Source: Mobula hypostoma (lineage: Eukaryota). Taken from it: DNA of 64,000 bases. Where the stretch lies: assembly GCF_963921235.1 (NCBI RefSeq), contig NC_086109.1, positions 248,001 through 312,000 on the forward strand. Reading direction: 5' to 3'. Shown here in pieces: positions 12,801-27,800 of the stretch (its first letter is position 1; every line of letters begins with the position of its first letter). A program made the translations under genes and the position numbers. The notes beneath the pieces are model-generated. The model was not told the DNA's origin and did no database searches. It saw only the letters and a list, made by a program, of their open reading frames with translations.

Positions 12801-15800
12801 CACAGACGCGTCACACCGCAGTCTCCCTCAGCACAGACGCCTCACACCGCAGTCTCTCTCAGCACAGACGCGTCACACCGCAGTCTCCTTCAGCACAGAC
12901 GTGTCACACTGCACTCTCCCTCAGCACAGATGCGTCAAACCGCAGTCTCCCTCAGCAAGACGCCTCACACCGCAGTCTCCGTCAGCACAGGCGCCTCACA
13001 CCGCAGTCTCCCTCAGCACAGGCGCCTCACACCGCAGTCTCCCTCAGCACAGACGCCTCACACCGCAGTCTCCGTCAGCACAGGCGCCTCACACCGCAGT
13101 ATCCCTCAGCATAGACGCCTCACACTACAGTCTCCCTCAGCACAGACGCCTCACACCGCAGTCTCCCTCAGCACAGATGCCTCACACCGCAGTCTCCTTC
13201 AGCACAGGCGCCTCACACCGCAGTCTCCCTCAGCACAGACGTGTCACACCGCAGTCGACCTCGGCACAGACGTGTCACACTGCAGTTTCTCTCAGCACAG
13301 ACGCCACACACAGCAGTCTCCCTCAGCACAGACGCCTCACAGCGCAGTCTCCCTCAGCACAGAAGCCTCACACCGCAGTCTCCCTCAGCTCAGACGCCTC
13401 ACTCCGCAGTCTCCGTCAGCACAGACGCGTCACACCGCAGTCTCCTTCAGCACAGACGCCTCACACCGCAGTCTCTCTCAGCACAGACGTGTCACACCGC
13501 AGTCTCCCTCAGCACAGACGTGTCACACCGCAGTCTCCCTCAGCACAGACGCGTCAAACCGCAGTCTCCCTCAGCACAGACGCCTCACACCGCAGTCTCC
13601 GTCAGCACAGGCGCCTCACACCGCAGTCTCCCTCAGCACAGACGCCTCACAGCACAGACTCCGTCAGCACAGACGCCTCACAGCACAAACTCCGTCAGCA
13701 CAGACGCCCTACACCGCAGTCTCCGTCAGCACAGACGCCTCACTCCGCAGTTTCCCTCAGCACAGACGCCTCAGACCGCAGTCTCCGTCAGCACAGACGT
13801 GTCACACAGCAGTCTCCCTCAGCACAGACGCCTCACACCGCAGTCTCCCTCAGCACAGACGCCTCACACCGCAGTGTCCCTCAGCACAGACACCTCACAC
13901 CGCAGTCTCCGTCAGCACAGACGCGTCACACCGCAGTCTCCGTCAGCACAGACGCCTCACACCGCAGTCTCCGTCAGCACAGACGCGTCACACCGCAGTC
14001 TCCCACAACACAGACGCCTCACACCGCAGTCTCCCTCAGCACAGACGCGTCACACCGCAGTCTCCCTCAGCACAGACGCCTCACACCGCAGTCTCCCTCA
14101 GCACAGACGCCTCACACTGCAGTCTCTCTCAGCACAGACGTTTCACACCGCAGTCTCCGTCAGCACAGACGCCTCACACCGCAGTCTCCCTCAGCACAGA
14201 CGTGTCACACCGCAGTCTCTCTCAGCACAGACGCCTGACACCGCAGTCTCTCTCAGCACAGAAATCTCACAACGCAGTTTCTCTCAGGACAGACGTGTCA
14301 CACGGCAGTCTCCCTCAGCACAGATGCCTCACACCGCAGTCTCCCTCAGCACAGACGTGTCACACCGCAGTCTCCCTCAGAACAGACGCCTCACACCGCA
14401 ATCTCCCTCAGCACAGACGTGTCATACCGCAGTCTCCCTCAGCACAGATGCCTCACACCGCAGTCTTCCTCAGCACAGGTGCCTCACACCGCAGTCTCCC
14501 TCAGCACAGACGTGTCACACCGCAGTCTCCCTCAGCACAGACGTGTCACACCGCAGTCTCTCTCAGCACAGACGCCTCACACCGCAGTCTCCCTCAGCAC
14601 AGACGCCTCACAGCGCAGTCTCCCTCAGCACAGACGCCTCACACCGCAGTCTCCCTCAGCACAGACGCCTCACACCGCAGTCTCCCTCAGCTCACACGAC
14701 TCACTCCGCAGTCTCCGTCAGCACAGACGCGTCAAACCGCAGTCTCCCTCAGCACAGACGCCTCACACCGCAGTCTCTCTCAGCACAGACGTGTCACACC
14801 GCAGTCTCCCTCAGCACAGACGCGTCACACCGCAGTCTCCCTCAGCACAGACGCGTCAAACCGCAGTCTCCCTCAGCACAGACGCCTCACACCGCAGTCT
14901 CCGTCAGCACAGGCGCCTCACACCGCAGTCTCCCTCAGCACAGGCGCCTCACACCGCAGTCTCCCTCAGCACAGACGTGTCACACCGCAGTCTCCCTCAG
15001 CACAGACGCCTCACACTGCAGTCTCCTTCAGCACAGACGTGTCACACCGCAGTCTCCCTCAGCACAGATGCGTCAAACCGCAGTCTCCCTCAGCACAGAC
15101 GCCTCACACCGCAGTCTCCGTCAGCACAGGCGCCTCACACCGCAGTCTTCCTCAGCACAGGCGCCTCACACCGCAGTCTCCCTCAGCACAGACGCCTGAC
15201 ACCGCAGTCTCCGTCAGCACAGACGCGTCACACCGCAGTCTCCCTCAGCACAGGCGCCTTACACCGCCGTCTCCCTCAGCACAGACGCCTCACACGACAG
15301 TCTCCCTCAGCACAGACGCCTCACAGCACAGTCTCCGTCAGCACAGACTCCCTACACCGCAGTCTCCATCAGCACAGACGCTTCACTCCGCAGTCTCTCT
15401 CAGCACAGACGCCTCACACCGCAGTCTCCGTCAGCACAGACGCGTCTCACCGCAGTCTCCGTCAGCACAGACGCCTCACACCGCAGTCTCCGTCAGCACA
15501 GACGCGTCACACCGCAGTCTCCCACAACACAGACGCCTCACACCGCAGTCTCCCTCAGCACAGACGCGTCATACCGCAGTCTCCCTCAGCACAGATGCCT
15601 CACACCGCAGTCTTCCTCAGCACAGGTGCCTCACACCGCAGTCTCCCTCAGCACAGACGTGTCACACCGCAGTCTCCCTCAGCACCGCAGTCTCTCTCAG
15701 CACAGATGCCTCACACCGCAGTCTCCCTCAGCACAGACGCCTCACAGCGCAGTCCCCCTCAGCACAGACGCCTCACACTGCAGTCCCCCTCAGCACAGAC

Positions 15801-18800
15801 GCCTCACACAGCAGTCTCCCTCAGCACAGACGCCTCACACCGCAGTCTCCCTCAGCACAGACGCCTCACAGCACAGTCTCCCTCAGCACAGACGCCTCAC
15901 ACCGCAGTCTCCCTCAGCACAGACGCCACACACCGCAGTCTCCCTCAGCACAGACGTGTCACACCGCAGTCGCCCTCGGCACAGACGTGTCACACCGCAG
16001 TCTCCCTCAGCACAGACGTGTCACACCGCAGTCTCCCTCAGCACAGACGTGTCACACCGCAGTCGCCCTCGGCACAGACGCCTCACACTGCAGTCTCTCT
16101 CAGCACAGACGCCACACACTGCAGTCTCCCTCAGCACAGACGCCTCACAGCGCAGTCTCCCTCAGCACAGACGCCTCACACCGCAGTCTCCCTCAGCACA
16201 GAAGCCTCACACCGCAGTCTCCCTCAGCTCACACGCCTCACTCCGCAGTCTCCGTCAGCACAGACGCGTCACACCGCAGTCTCCCTCAGCACAGATGCCT
16301 CACACCGCAGTCTCTCTCAGCACAGACGTGTCACACCGCAGTCTCCCTCAGCACAGACGCCTCACACCGCAGTCTCCGTCAGCACAGGCGCCTCACACCG
16401 CAGTCTCCCTCAGCACAGTCGCCTCACACCGCAGTCTCCCTCAGCACAGACGCCTCACACCGCAGTCTCCGTCAGCACAGACGCGTCACACCGCAGTCTC
16501 CCTCAGCACAGACGCCTCACACCGCAGTCTCCCTCAGCACAGACGCGTCACACCGCAGTCTCCCTCAGCACAGACGCCTCACACCGCAGTCTCTCTCAGC
16601 ACAGACGCGTCACACCGCAGTCTCCTTCAGCACAGACGTGTCACACTGCACTCTCCCTCAGCACAGATGCGTCAAACCGCAGTCTCCCTCAGCAAGACGC
16701 CTCACACCGCAGTCTCCGTCAGCACAGGCGCCTCACACCGCAGTCTCCCTCAGCACAGGCGCCTCACACCGCAGTCTCCCTCAGCACAGACGCCTCACAC
16801 CGCAGTCTCCCTCAGCACAGACGTGTCACACCGCAGTCTCACTCAGCACAGACGCCTCACACCGCAGTCTCCCTCAGCACAGGCGCCTCACACCGCAGTC
16901 TCCGTCAGCACAGACGCGTCACACCGCAGTCTCCCTCAGCACAGACGCCTCACACCGCAGTCTCTCTCAGCACAGACGCGTCACACCGCAGTCTCCTTCA
17001 GCACAGACGTGTCACACTGCACTCTCCCTCAGCACAGATGCGTCAAACCGCAGTCTCCCTCAGCAAGACGCCTCACACCGCAGTCTCCGTCAGCACAGGC
17101 GCCTCACACCGCAGTCTCCCTCAGCACAGGCGCCTCACACCGCAGTCTCCCTCAGCACAGACGCCTCACACCGCAGTCTCCGTCAGCACAGGCGCCTCAC
17201 ACCGCAGTCTCCCTCAGCATAGACGCCTCACACTACAGTCTCCCTCAGCACAGACGCCTCACACCGCAGTCTCCCTCAGCACAGATGCCTCACACCGCAG
17301 TCTCCCTCAGCACAGACGCCTCACACCGCAGTCTCCCTCAGCACAGACGTGTCACACCGCAGTCGACCTCGGCACAGACGTGTCACACTGCAGTTTCTCT
17401 CAGCACAGACGCCACACACAGCAGTCTCCCTCAGCACAGACGCCTCACACCGCAGTCTCCCTCAGCACAGACGCCTCACACCGCAGTCTCCCTCAGCACA
17501 GACGCCTCACTCCGCAGTCTCCGTCAGCACAGACGCGTCACACCGCAGTCTCCTTCAGCACAGACGCCTCACACCGCAGTCTCTCTCAGCACAGACGTGT
17601 CACACCGCAGTCTCCCTCAGCACAGACGTGTCACACCGCAGTCTCCCTCAGCACAGACGCGTCAAACCGCAGTCTCCCTCAGCACAGACGCCTCACACCG
17701 CAGTCTCCGTCAGCACAGGCGCCTCACACCGCAGTCTCCCTCAGCACAGACGCCTCACAGCACAGTCTCCCTCAGCACAGACGCCTCACAGCACAGACTC
17801 CGTCAGCACAGACGCCCTACACCGCAGTCTGCGTCAGCACAGACGCCTCACTCCGCAGTCTCCCTCAGCACAGACGCCTCAGACCGCAGTCTCCGTCAGC
17901 ACAGACGTGTCACACAGCAGTCTCCCTCAGCACAGACGCCTCACACCGCAGTCTCCCTCAGCACAGACGCCACACACCGCAGTGTCCCTCAGCACAGACG
18001 CCTCACACCGCAGTCTCCGTCAGCACAGACGCGTCACACCGCAGTCTCCGTCAGCACAGACGCCTCACACAGCAGTCTCCGTCAGCACAGACGCGTCACA
18101 CCGCAGTCTCCCACAACACAGACGCCTCACACCGCAGTCTCCCTCAGCACAGACGCGTCACACCGCAGTCTCCCTCAGCACAGACGCCTCACACCGCAGT
18201 CTCCCTCAGCACAGACGCCTCACACTGCAGTCTCTCTCAGCACAGACGTTTCACACCGCAGTCTCCGTCAGCACAGACGCCTCACACCGCAGTCTCCCTC
18301 AGCACAGACGTGTCACACCGCAGTCTCTCTCAGCACAGACGCCTGACACCGCAGTCTCTCTCAGCACAGAAATCTCTCAAACGCAGTTTCTCTCAGGACA
18401 GACGTGTCACACGGCAGTCTCCCTCAGCACAGATGCCTCACACCGCAGTCTCCCTCAGCACAGACGTGTCACACCGCAGTCTCCCTCAGCACAGACGCCT
18501 CACACCGCAATCTCCCTCAGCACAGACGTGTCATACCGCAGTCTCCCTCAGCACAGATGCCTCACACCGCAGTCTTCCTCAGCACAGGTGCCTCACACCG
18601 CAGTCTCCCTCAGCACAGACGTGTCACACCGCAGTCTCCCTCAGCACAGACGTGTCACACCGCAGTCTCTCTCAGCACAGACGCCTCACACCGCAGTCTC
18701 CCTCAGCACAGACGCCTCACAGCGCAGTCTCCCTCAGCACAGACGCCTCACACCGCAGTCTCCCTCAGCACAGACGCCTCACACCGCAGTCTCCCTCAGC

Positions 18801-21800
18801 TCAAACGACTCACTCCGCAGTCTCCGTCAGCACAGACGCGTCACACCGCAGTCTCCCTCAGCAGAGACGCCTCACACCGCAGTCTCTCTCAGCACAGACG
18901 TGTCACACCGCAGTCTCCCTCAGCACAGACGAGTCACACCGCAGTCTCCCTCAGCACAGACGCGTCAAACCGCAGTCTCCCTCAGCACAGACGCCTCACA
19001 CCGCAGTCTCCGTCAGCACAGGCGCCTCACACCGCAGTCTCCCTCAGCACAGGCGCCTCACACCGCAGTCTCCCTCAGCACAGACGTGTCACACCGCAGT
19101 CTCCCTCAGCACAGACGCCTCACACTGCAGTCTCCTTCAGCACAGACGTGTCACACCGCAGTCTCCCTCAGCACAGATGCGTCAAACCGCAGTCTCCCTC
19201 AGCACAGACGCCTCACACCGCAGTCTCCGTCAGCACAGGCGCCTCACACCGCAGTCTTCCTCAGCACAGGCGCCTCACACCGCAGTCTCCCTCAGCACAG
19301 ACGCCTGACACCGCAGTCTCCGTCAGCACAGACGCGTCACACCGCAGTCTCCCTCAGCACAGGCGCCTTACACCGCCGTCTCCCTCAGCACAGACGCCTC
19401 ACACGACAGTCTCCCTCAGCACAGACGCCTCACAGCACAGTCTCCGTCAGCACAGACTCCCTACACCGCAGTCTCCATCAGCACAGACGCTTCACTCCGC
19501 AGTCTCTCTCAGCACAGACGCCTCACACCGCAGTCTCCGTCAGCACAGACGCGTCACACCGCAGTCTCCGTCAGCACAGACGCCTCACACCGCAGTCTCC
19601 GTCAGCACAGACGCGTCACACCGCAGTCTCCCACAACACAGACGCCTCACACCGCAGTCTCCCTCAGCACAGACGCGTCACACCGCAGTCTCCCTCAGCA
19701 CAGATGCCTCACACCGCAGTCTTCCTCAGCACAGGTGCCTCACACCGCAGTCTCCCTCAGCACAGACGTGTCACACCGCAGTCTCCCTCAGCACCGCAGT
19801 CTCTCTCAGCACAGATGCCTCACACCGCAGTCTCCCTCAGCACAGACGCCTCACAGCGCAGTCTCCCTCAGCACAGACGCCTCACACCGCAGTCTCCCTC
19901 AGCACAGACGCCTCACACCGCAGTCTCCCTCAGCTCAAACGACTCACTCCACAGTCTCCGTCAGCACAGACGCGTCACACCGCAGTCTCCCTCAGCAGAG
20001 ACGCCTCACACCGCAGTCTCACTCAGCACAGACGTGTCACACCGCAGTCTCCCTCAGCACAGACGTGTCACACCGCAGTCTCCCTCAGCACAGACGCGTC
20101 AAACCGCAGTCTCCCTCAACACAGACGCCTCACACCGCAGTCTCCGTCAGCACAGGCGCCTCACACCGCAGTCTCCCTCAGCACAGGCGCCTCACACCGC
20201 ACTCTTCCTCAGCACAGACGCCTCAGACCGCAGTCTCCGTCAGCACAGACGTGTCACACAGCAGTCTCCCTCAGCACAGACGCCTCACACCGCAGTCTCC
20301 CTCAGCACAGACGCCTCACACCGCAGTCTCCCTCAGCACAGACGCCTCACACCGCAGTCTCCGTCAGCACAGACGCGTCACACCGCAGTCTCCGTCAGCA
20401 CAGACGCCTCACACCGCAGTCTCCGTCAGCACAGACGCGTCACACCGCAGTCTCCCACAACACAGACGCCTCACACCGCAGTCTCCCTCAGCACAGACGC
20501 GTCACACCGCAGTCTCCCTCAGCACAGACGCCTCACACCGCAGTCTCCCTCAGCACAGACGCCTCACACTGCAGTCTCTCTCAGCACAGACGTTTCACAC
20601 CGCAGTCTCCGTCAGCACAGACGCCTCACACCGCAGTCTCCCTCAGCACAGACGTGTCACACCGCAGTCTCTCTCAGCACAGACGCCTGACACCGCAGTC
20701 TCTCTCAGCACAGAAATCTCTCAAACGCAGTTTCTCTCAGGACAGACGTGTCACACGGCAGTCTCCCTCAGCACAGATGCCTCACACCGCAGTCTCCCTC
20801 AGCACAGACGTGTCACACCGCAGTCTCCCTCAGCACAGACGCCTCACACCGCAGTCTCCCTCAGCACAGACGTGTCACACCGCAGTCTCCCTCAGCACAG
20901 ATGCCTCACACCGCAGTCTTCCTCAGCACAGGTGCCTCACACCGCAGTCTCCCTCAGCACAGACGTGTCACACCGCAGTCTCCCTCAGCACAGACGTGTC
21001 ACACCGCAGTCTCTCTCAGCACAGACGCCTCACACCGCAGTCTCCCTCAGCACAGACGCCTCACACCGCAGTCTCCCTCAGCACAGACGCCTCACACCGC
21101 AGTCTCCCTCAGCACAGACGCCTCACACCGCAGTCTCCCTCAGCTCAAACGACTCACTCCGCAGTCTCCGTCAGCACAGACGCGTCACACCGCAGTCTCC
21201 CTCAGCACAGACGCCTCACACCGCAGTCTCCCTCAGCACAGACGTGTCACACCGCAGTCTCCCTCAGCACAGACGTGTCACACCGCAGTCTCCCTCAGCA
21301 CAGACGCGTCACACCGCAGTCTCCCTCAGCACAGACGCCTCACACCGCAGTCTCCGTCAGCACAGACGCCTCACACCGCAGTCTCCCTCAGCACAGACGC
21401 CTCACACCGCAGTCTCCCTCAGCACAGACGTGTCACACCGCAGTCTCCCTCAGCACAGACGCCTCACACTGCAGTCTCCCTCAGCACAGACGTGTCACAC
21501 CGCAGTCTCCCTCAGCACAGACGCGTCAAACCGCAGTCTCCCTCAGCACAGACGCCTCACACCGCAGTCTCCGTCAGCACAGGCGCCTCACACCGCAGTC
21601 TCCCTCAGCACAGGCGCCTCACACCGCAGTCTCCCTCAGCACAGACGCCTCACACCGCAGTCTCCGTCAGCACAGACGCGTCACACCGCAGTCTCCCTCA
21701 GCACAGGCGCCTCACACCGCAGTCTCCCTCAGCACAGACGCCTCACACCGCAGTCTCCCTCAGCACAGACGCCTCACAGCACAGTCTCCGTCAGCACAGA

Positions 21801-24800
21801 CTCCCTACACCGCAGTCTCCATCAGCACAGACGCTTCACTCCGCAGTCTCTCTCAGCACAGACGCCTCACACCGCAGTCTCCGTCAGCACAGACGCGTCA
21901 CACCGCAGTCTCCGTCAGCACAGACGCCTCACACCGCAGTCTCCGTCAGCACAGACGCGTCACACCGCAGTCTCCCACAGCACAGACGCCTCACACCGCA
22001 GTCTCCCTCAGCACAGACGCGTCACACCGCAGTCTCCCTCAGCACAGACGCCTCACACCGCAGTCTCCCTCAGCACAGACGCCTCACACTGCAGTCTCTC
22101 TCAGCACAGACGTTTCACACCGCAGTCTCCGTCAGCACAGACGCCTCACACCGCAGTCTCCCTCAGCACAGACGTGTTACACCGCAGTCTCTCTCAGCAC
22201 AGACGCCTGACACCGCAGTCTCTCTCAGCACAGAAATCTCACAACGCAGTTTCTCTCAGGACAGACGTGTCACACGGCAGTCTCCCTCAGCACAGATGCC
22301 TCACACCGCAGTCTCCCTCAGCACAGACGTGTCACACCGCAGTCTCCCTCAGCACAGACGCCTCACACCGCACTCTCCCTCAGCACAGACGTGTCACACC
22401 GCAGTCTCCCTCAGCACAGATGCCTCACACCGCAGTCTTCCTCAGCACAGGTGCCTCACACCGCAGTCTCCCTCAGCACAGACGTGTCACACCGCAGTCT
22501 CCCTCAGCACCGCAGTCTCTCTCAGCACAGATGCCTCACACCGCAGTCTCCCTCAGCACAGACGCCTCACAGCGCAGTCTCCCTCAGCACAGACGCCTCA
22601 CACCGCAGTCTCCCTCAGCACAGACGCCTCACACCGCAGTCTCCCTCAGCTCAAACGACTCACTCCACAGTCTCCGTCAGCACAGACGCGTCACACCGCA
22701 GTCTCCCTCAGCAGAGTCGCCTCACACCGCAGTCTCTCTCAGCACAGACGTGTCACACCGCAGTCTCCCTCAGCACAGACGTGTCACACCGCAGTCTCCC
22801 TCAGCACAGACGCGTCAAACCGCAGTCTCCCTCAGCACAGACGCCTCACACCGCAGTCTCCGTCAGCACAGGCGCCTCACACCGCAGTCTCCCTCAGCAC
22901 AGACGCCTCACACCGCAGTCTTCCTCAGCACAGACGCCTCACACCGCAGTCTCCCTCAGCACAGACGTGTCACACCGCAGTCTCCCTCAGCACAGACGTG
23001 TCACACCGCAGTCTCTCTCAGCACAGACGCCACACACCGCAGTCTCCCTCAGCACAGACGCCTCACAGCGCAGTCTCCCTCAGCACAGACGCCTCACACC
23101 GCAGTCTCCCTCAGCACAGACGCCTCACTCCGCAGTCTCCGTCAGCACAGACGCGTCACACCGCAGTCTCCCTCAGCACAGACGCCTCACACCGCAGTCT
23201 CTCTCAGCACAGACGTGTCACACCGCAGTCTCCCTCAGCACAGACGTGTCACACCGCAGTCTCCCTCAGCACAGACGCGTCAAACCGCAGTCTCCCTCAG
23301 CACAGACGCCTCACACCGCAGTCTCCGTCAGCACAGGCGCCTCACACCGCAGTCTCCCTCAGCACAGACGCCTCACAGCACAGACTCCGTCAGCACAGAC
23401 GCCCTACACCGCAGTCTCCGTCAGCACAGACGCCTCACACCGCAGTCTCCCTCAGCACAGACGCCTCACACCGCAGTCTCCGTCAGCACAGACGTGTCAC
23501 ACCGCAGTCTCCCTCAGCACAGACGCCTCACACCGCAGTCTCCCTCAGCACAGACGCCTCACACCGCAGTCTCCCTCAGCACAGACGCCTCACACCGCAG
23601 TCTCCGTCAGCACAGACGCGTCACACCGCAGTCTCCGTCAGCACAGACGCCTCACACCGCAGTCTCCGTCAGCACAGACGCGTCACACCGCAGTCTCCCA
23701 CAGCACAGACGCCTCACACCGCAGTCTCCCTCAGCACAGACGCGTCACACCGCAGTCTCCCTCAGCACAGACGCCTCACACCGCAGTCTCCCTCAGCACA
23801 GACGCCTCACACTGCAGTCTCCCTCAGCACAGACGTTTCACACCGCAGTCTCCGTCAGCACAGACGCCTCACACCGCAGTCTCCCTCAGCACAGACGTGT
23901 CACACCGCAGTCTCTCTCAGCACAGACGCCTGACACCGCAGTCTCTCTCAGCACAGAAATCTCACAACGCAGTTTCTCTCAGGACAGACGTGTCACACGG
24001 CAGTCTCCCTCAGCACAGATGCCTCACACCGCAGTCTCCCTCAGCACAGACGTGTCACACCGCAGTCTCCCTCAGCACAGACGCCTCACACCGCAGTCTC
24101 CCTCAGCACAGACGTGTCACACCGCAGTCTCCCTCAGCACAGACGCCTCACACCGCAGTCTCCCTCAGCACAGGTGCCTCACACCGCAGTCTCCCTCAGC
24201 ACAGACGTGTCACACCGCAGTCTCCCTCAGCACAGACGTGTCACACCGCAGTCTCCCTCAGCACAGACGCCTCACACCGCAGTCTCCCTCAGCACAGACG
24301 CCTCACAGCGCAGTCTCCCTCAGCACAGACGCCTCACACCGCAGTCTCCCTCAGCACAGACGCCTCACACCGCAGTCTCCCTCAGCACAGACGCCTCACA
24401 CCGCAGTCTCCCTCAGCACAGACGCCTCACACCGCAGTCTCCCTCAGCACAGACGCCTCACACCGCAGTCTCCCTCAGCACAGACGTGTCACACCGCAGT
24501 CTCCCTCAGCACAGACGCCTCACACCGCAGTCTCCCTCAGCACAGACGTGTCACACCGCAGTCTCCCTCAGCACAGACGCCTCACACCGCAGTCTCCCTC
24601 AGCACAGACGCCTCACACCGCAGTCTCCCTCAGCACAGACGCCTCACACCGCAGTCTCCCTCAGCACAGACGCCTCACACCGCAGTCTCCCTCAGCACAG
24701 ACGCCTCACACCGCAGTCTCCCTCAGCACAGACGTGTCACACCGCAGTCTCCCTCAGCACAGATGCGTCACACCACAGTCTCCCTCAGCACAGACGTGTC

Positions 24801-27800
24801 ACACCGCAGTCTCCCTCAGCACAGACGCGTCACACCGCAGTCTCCCTCAGCACAGACGCCTCACACCGCAGTCTCCCTCAGCACAGACGTGTCACACCGC
24901 AGTCTCCGTCAGCACAGATGCCTCACACCGCAGTCTCCCTCAGCACAGACGCCTGACACCGCAGTCTCCGTCAGCACAGACGCCTCACCCCTCCGTCTCC
25001 CTCAGCACAGATGTGTCACACCGCAGTCTCCCTCAGCACAGACGCCTCACACCGCAGTCTCCCTCAGCACAGACGCCTCACACCGCAGTCTCCGTCAGCA
25101 CAGACGCGTCACACCGCAGTCTCCGTCAGCACAGACGCCTCACACCGCAGTCTCCGTCAACACAGACGCGTCACACCGCAGTCTCCCACAGCACAGACGC
25201 CTCACACCGCATCTCCCTCAGCACAGACGTGTCACACCGCAGTCTCCCTCAGCACAGACGCGTCAAACCGCAGTCTCCCTCAGCACAGACGCCTCACACC
25301 GCAGTCTCCGTCAGCACAGGCGCCTCACACCGCAGTCTCCCTCAGCATAGGCGCCTCACACCGCAGTCTCCCTCAGCACAGACGCCTCACACCGCAGTCT
25401 CCGTCAGCACAGACGCGTCACACCTCAGTCTCCGCCAGCACAGACGCCTAACACCGCAGTCTCCCTCAGCACAGACGCCTCAGACCGCAGTCTCCGTCAG
25501 CACAGACGCGTCACACCGCAGTCTCCCTCAGCACAGACGCCTCACACCGCAGTCTCCCTCAGTACAGATGCCTCACACCGCAGTCTCCGTCAGCACAGAC
25601 GCGTCACACCGCAGTCTCCGTCAGCACAGACGCCTCACACCGCAGTCTCCGTCAGCACAGACGCGTCACACCGCAGTCTCCCACAGCACAGACGCCTCAC
25701 ACCGCAGTCTCCCTCAGCACAGACGCGTCACACCGCAATCTCCCTCAGCACAGACGCCTCACACTGCAGTCTCCCTCAGCACAGACGCCTCACACCGCAG
25801 TCTCCCTCACCACAGACGCCTCACACCGCAGTCTCCCTCAGCACAGACGCCTCACACCGCAGTCTCCCTCAGCACAGACGCCTCACACTGCAGTCTCCCT
25901 CAGCACAGACCTGTCACACCGCAGTCTCCCTCAGCACAGATGCGTCACACCACTGTCTCCCTCAGCACAGACGTGTCACACCGCAGTCTCCCTCAGCACA
26001 GACGCGTCACACCACAGTCTCCCTCAGCACAAACGTGTCACACCGCAGTCTCCCTGAGCCCAGACGCCTCACACCGCAGTCTCCCTCAGCACAGACGCCT
26101 CACACCGCAGTCTCCCTCAGCACAGACGTGTCACACCGCAGTCTCCGTCAGCACAGATGCCTCACACCGCAGTCTCCCTCAGCACAGACGCCTGACACCG
26201 CAGTCTCCGTCAGCACAGACGCCTCACCCCTCCGTCTCCCTCAGCACAGATGTGTCACACCGCAGTCTCCCTCAGCACAGACGCCTCACACCGCAGTCTC
26301 CCTCAGCACAGACGCCTCACACCGCAGTCTCCGTCAGCACAGACGCGTCACACCGCAGTCTCCGTCAGCACAGACGCCTCACACCGCAGTCTCCGTCAAC
26401 ACAGACGCGTCACACCGCAGTCTCCCACAGCACAGACGCCTCACACCGCAGTCTCCCTCAGCACAGACGTGTCACACCGCAGTCTCCCTCAGCACAGACG
26501 CGTCAAACCGCAGTCTCCCTCAGCACAGACGCCTCACACCGCAGTCTCCGTCAGCACAGGCGCCTCACACCGCAGTCTCCCTCAGCATAGGCGCCTCACA
26601 CCGCAGTCTCCCTCAGCACAGACGCCTCACACCGCAGTCTCCGTCAGCACAGACGCCTCACACCGCAGTCTCCCTCAGTACAGATGCCTCACACCGCAGT
26701 CTCCGTCAGCACAGACCCGTCACACCGCAGTCTCCGTCAGCACAGACGCCTCACACCGCAGTCTCCGTCAGCACAGACGCGTCACACCGCAGTCTCCCAC
26801 AGCACAGACGCCTCACACCGCAGTCTCCCTCAGCACAGACGCGTCACACCGCAATCTCCCTCAGCACAGACGCCTCACACTGCAGTCTCCCTCAGCACAG
26901 ACGCCTCACACCGCAGTCTCCCTCAGCACAGACGTGTCACACCGCAGTCTCCCTCAGCACAGACGCCTCACACCGCAGTCTTCCTCAGCACAGACGTGTC
27001 ACACCGCAGTCTCCCTCAGCACAGACGTGTCACACCGCAGTCTCCCTCAGCACAGACGCCTCACACCGCAGTCTCCCTCAGCACAGACGCTTCACACCGC
27101 AGTCTCCCTCAGCACAGGCGCCTCACACCGCAGTCTCCCTCAGCACAGACGCCTCACACCACAGTCTCCCTCAGCACAGAGGCCTCACAGCACAGTCTCC
27201 GTCAGCACAGACGCCCTACACCGCAGTCTCCGTCAGCACAGACGCCTCACTCCGCAGTCTCCGTCAGCACAGACGACTCACACCGCAGTCTCCGTCAGCA
27301 CAGACGTGTCACACCGCAGTCTCCCTCAGCACAGACGCCTCACACCGCAGTCTCTCTCAGCACAGATGTGTCACACCGCAGTCTCCCTCAGCACAGACGT
27401 TTCACACCGCAGTCTCCCTCAGCACAGACGCGTCACACCTCTGTCTCCCTCAGCACAGACGCCTCACACCGCAGTCTCCCTCAGCACAGATGCCTCACAC
27501 CACAGTCTCCGTCAGCAAAGACGCGTCACACCGCAGTCTCCATCAGCACAGACGCCTCACACCGCAGTCTCCCTCAGCACAGACGTGTCACACCGCAGTC
27601 TCCCTCAGCACAGACGCCTCACACCGCAGTCTCCCTCAGCACAGACGCCTCACACCGCAGTCTCCCTCAGCACAGACGCCTCACACCGCAGTCTCCCTCA
27701 GCACAGACGCCTCACACCGCAGTCTCCCTCAGCACAGACGTGTCACACCGCAGTCTCCCTCAGCACAGACGCCTCACACCGCAGTCTCCCTCAGCACAGA

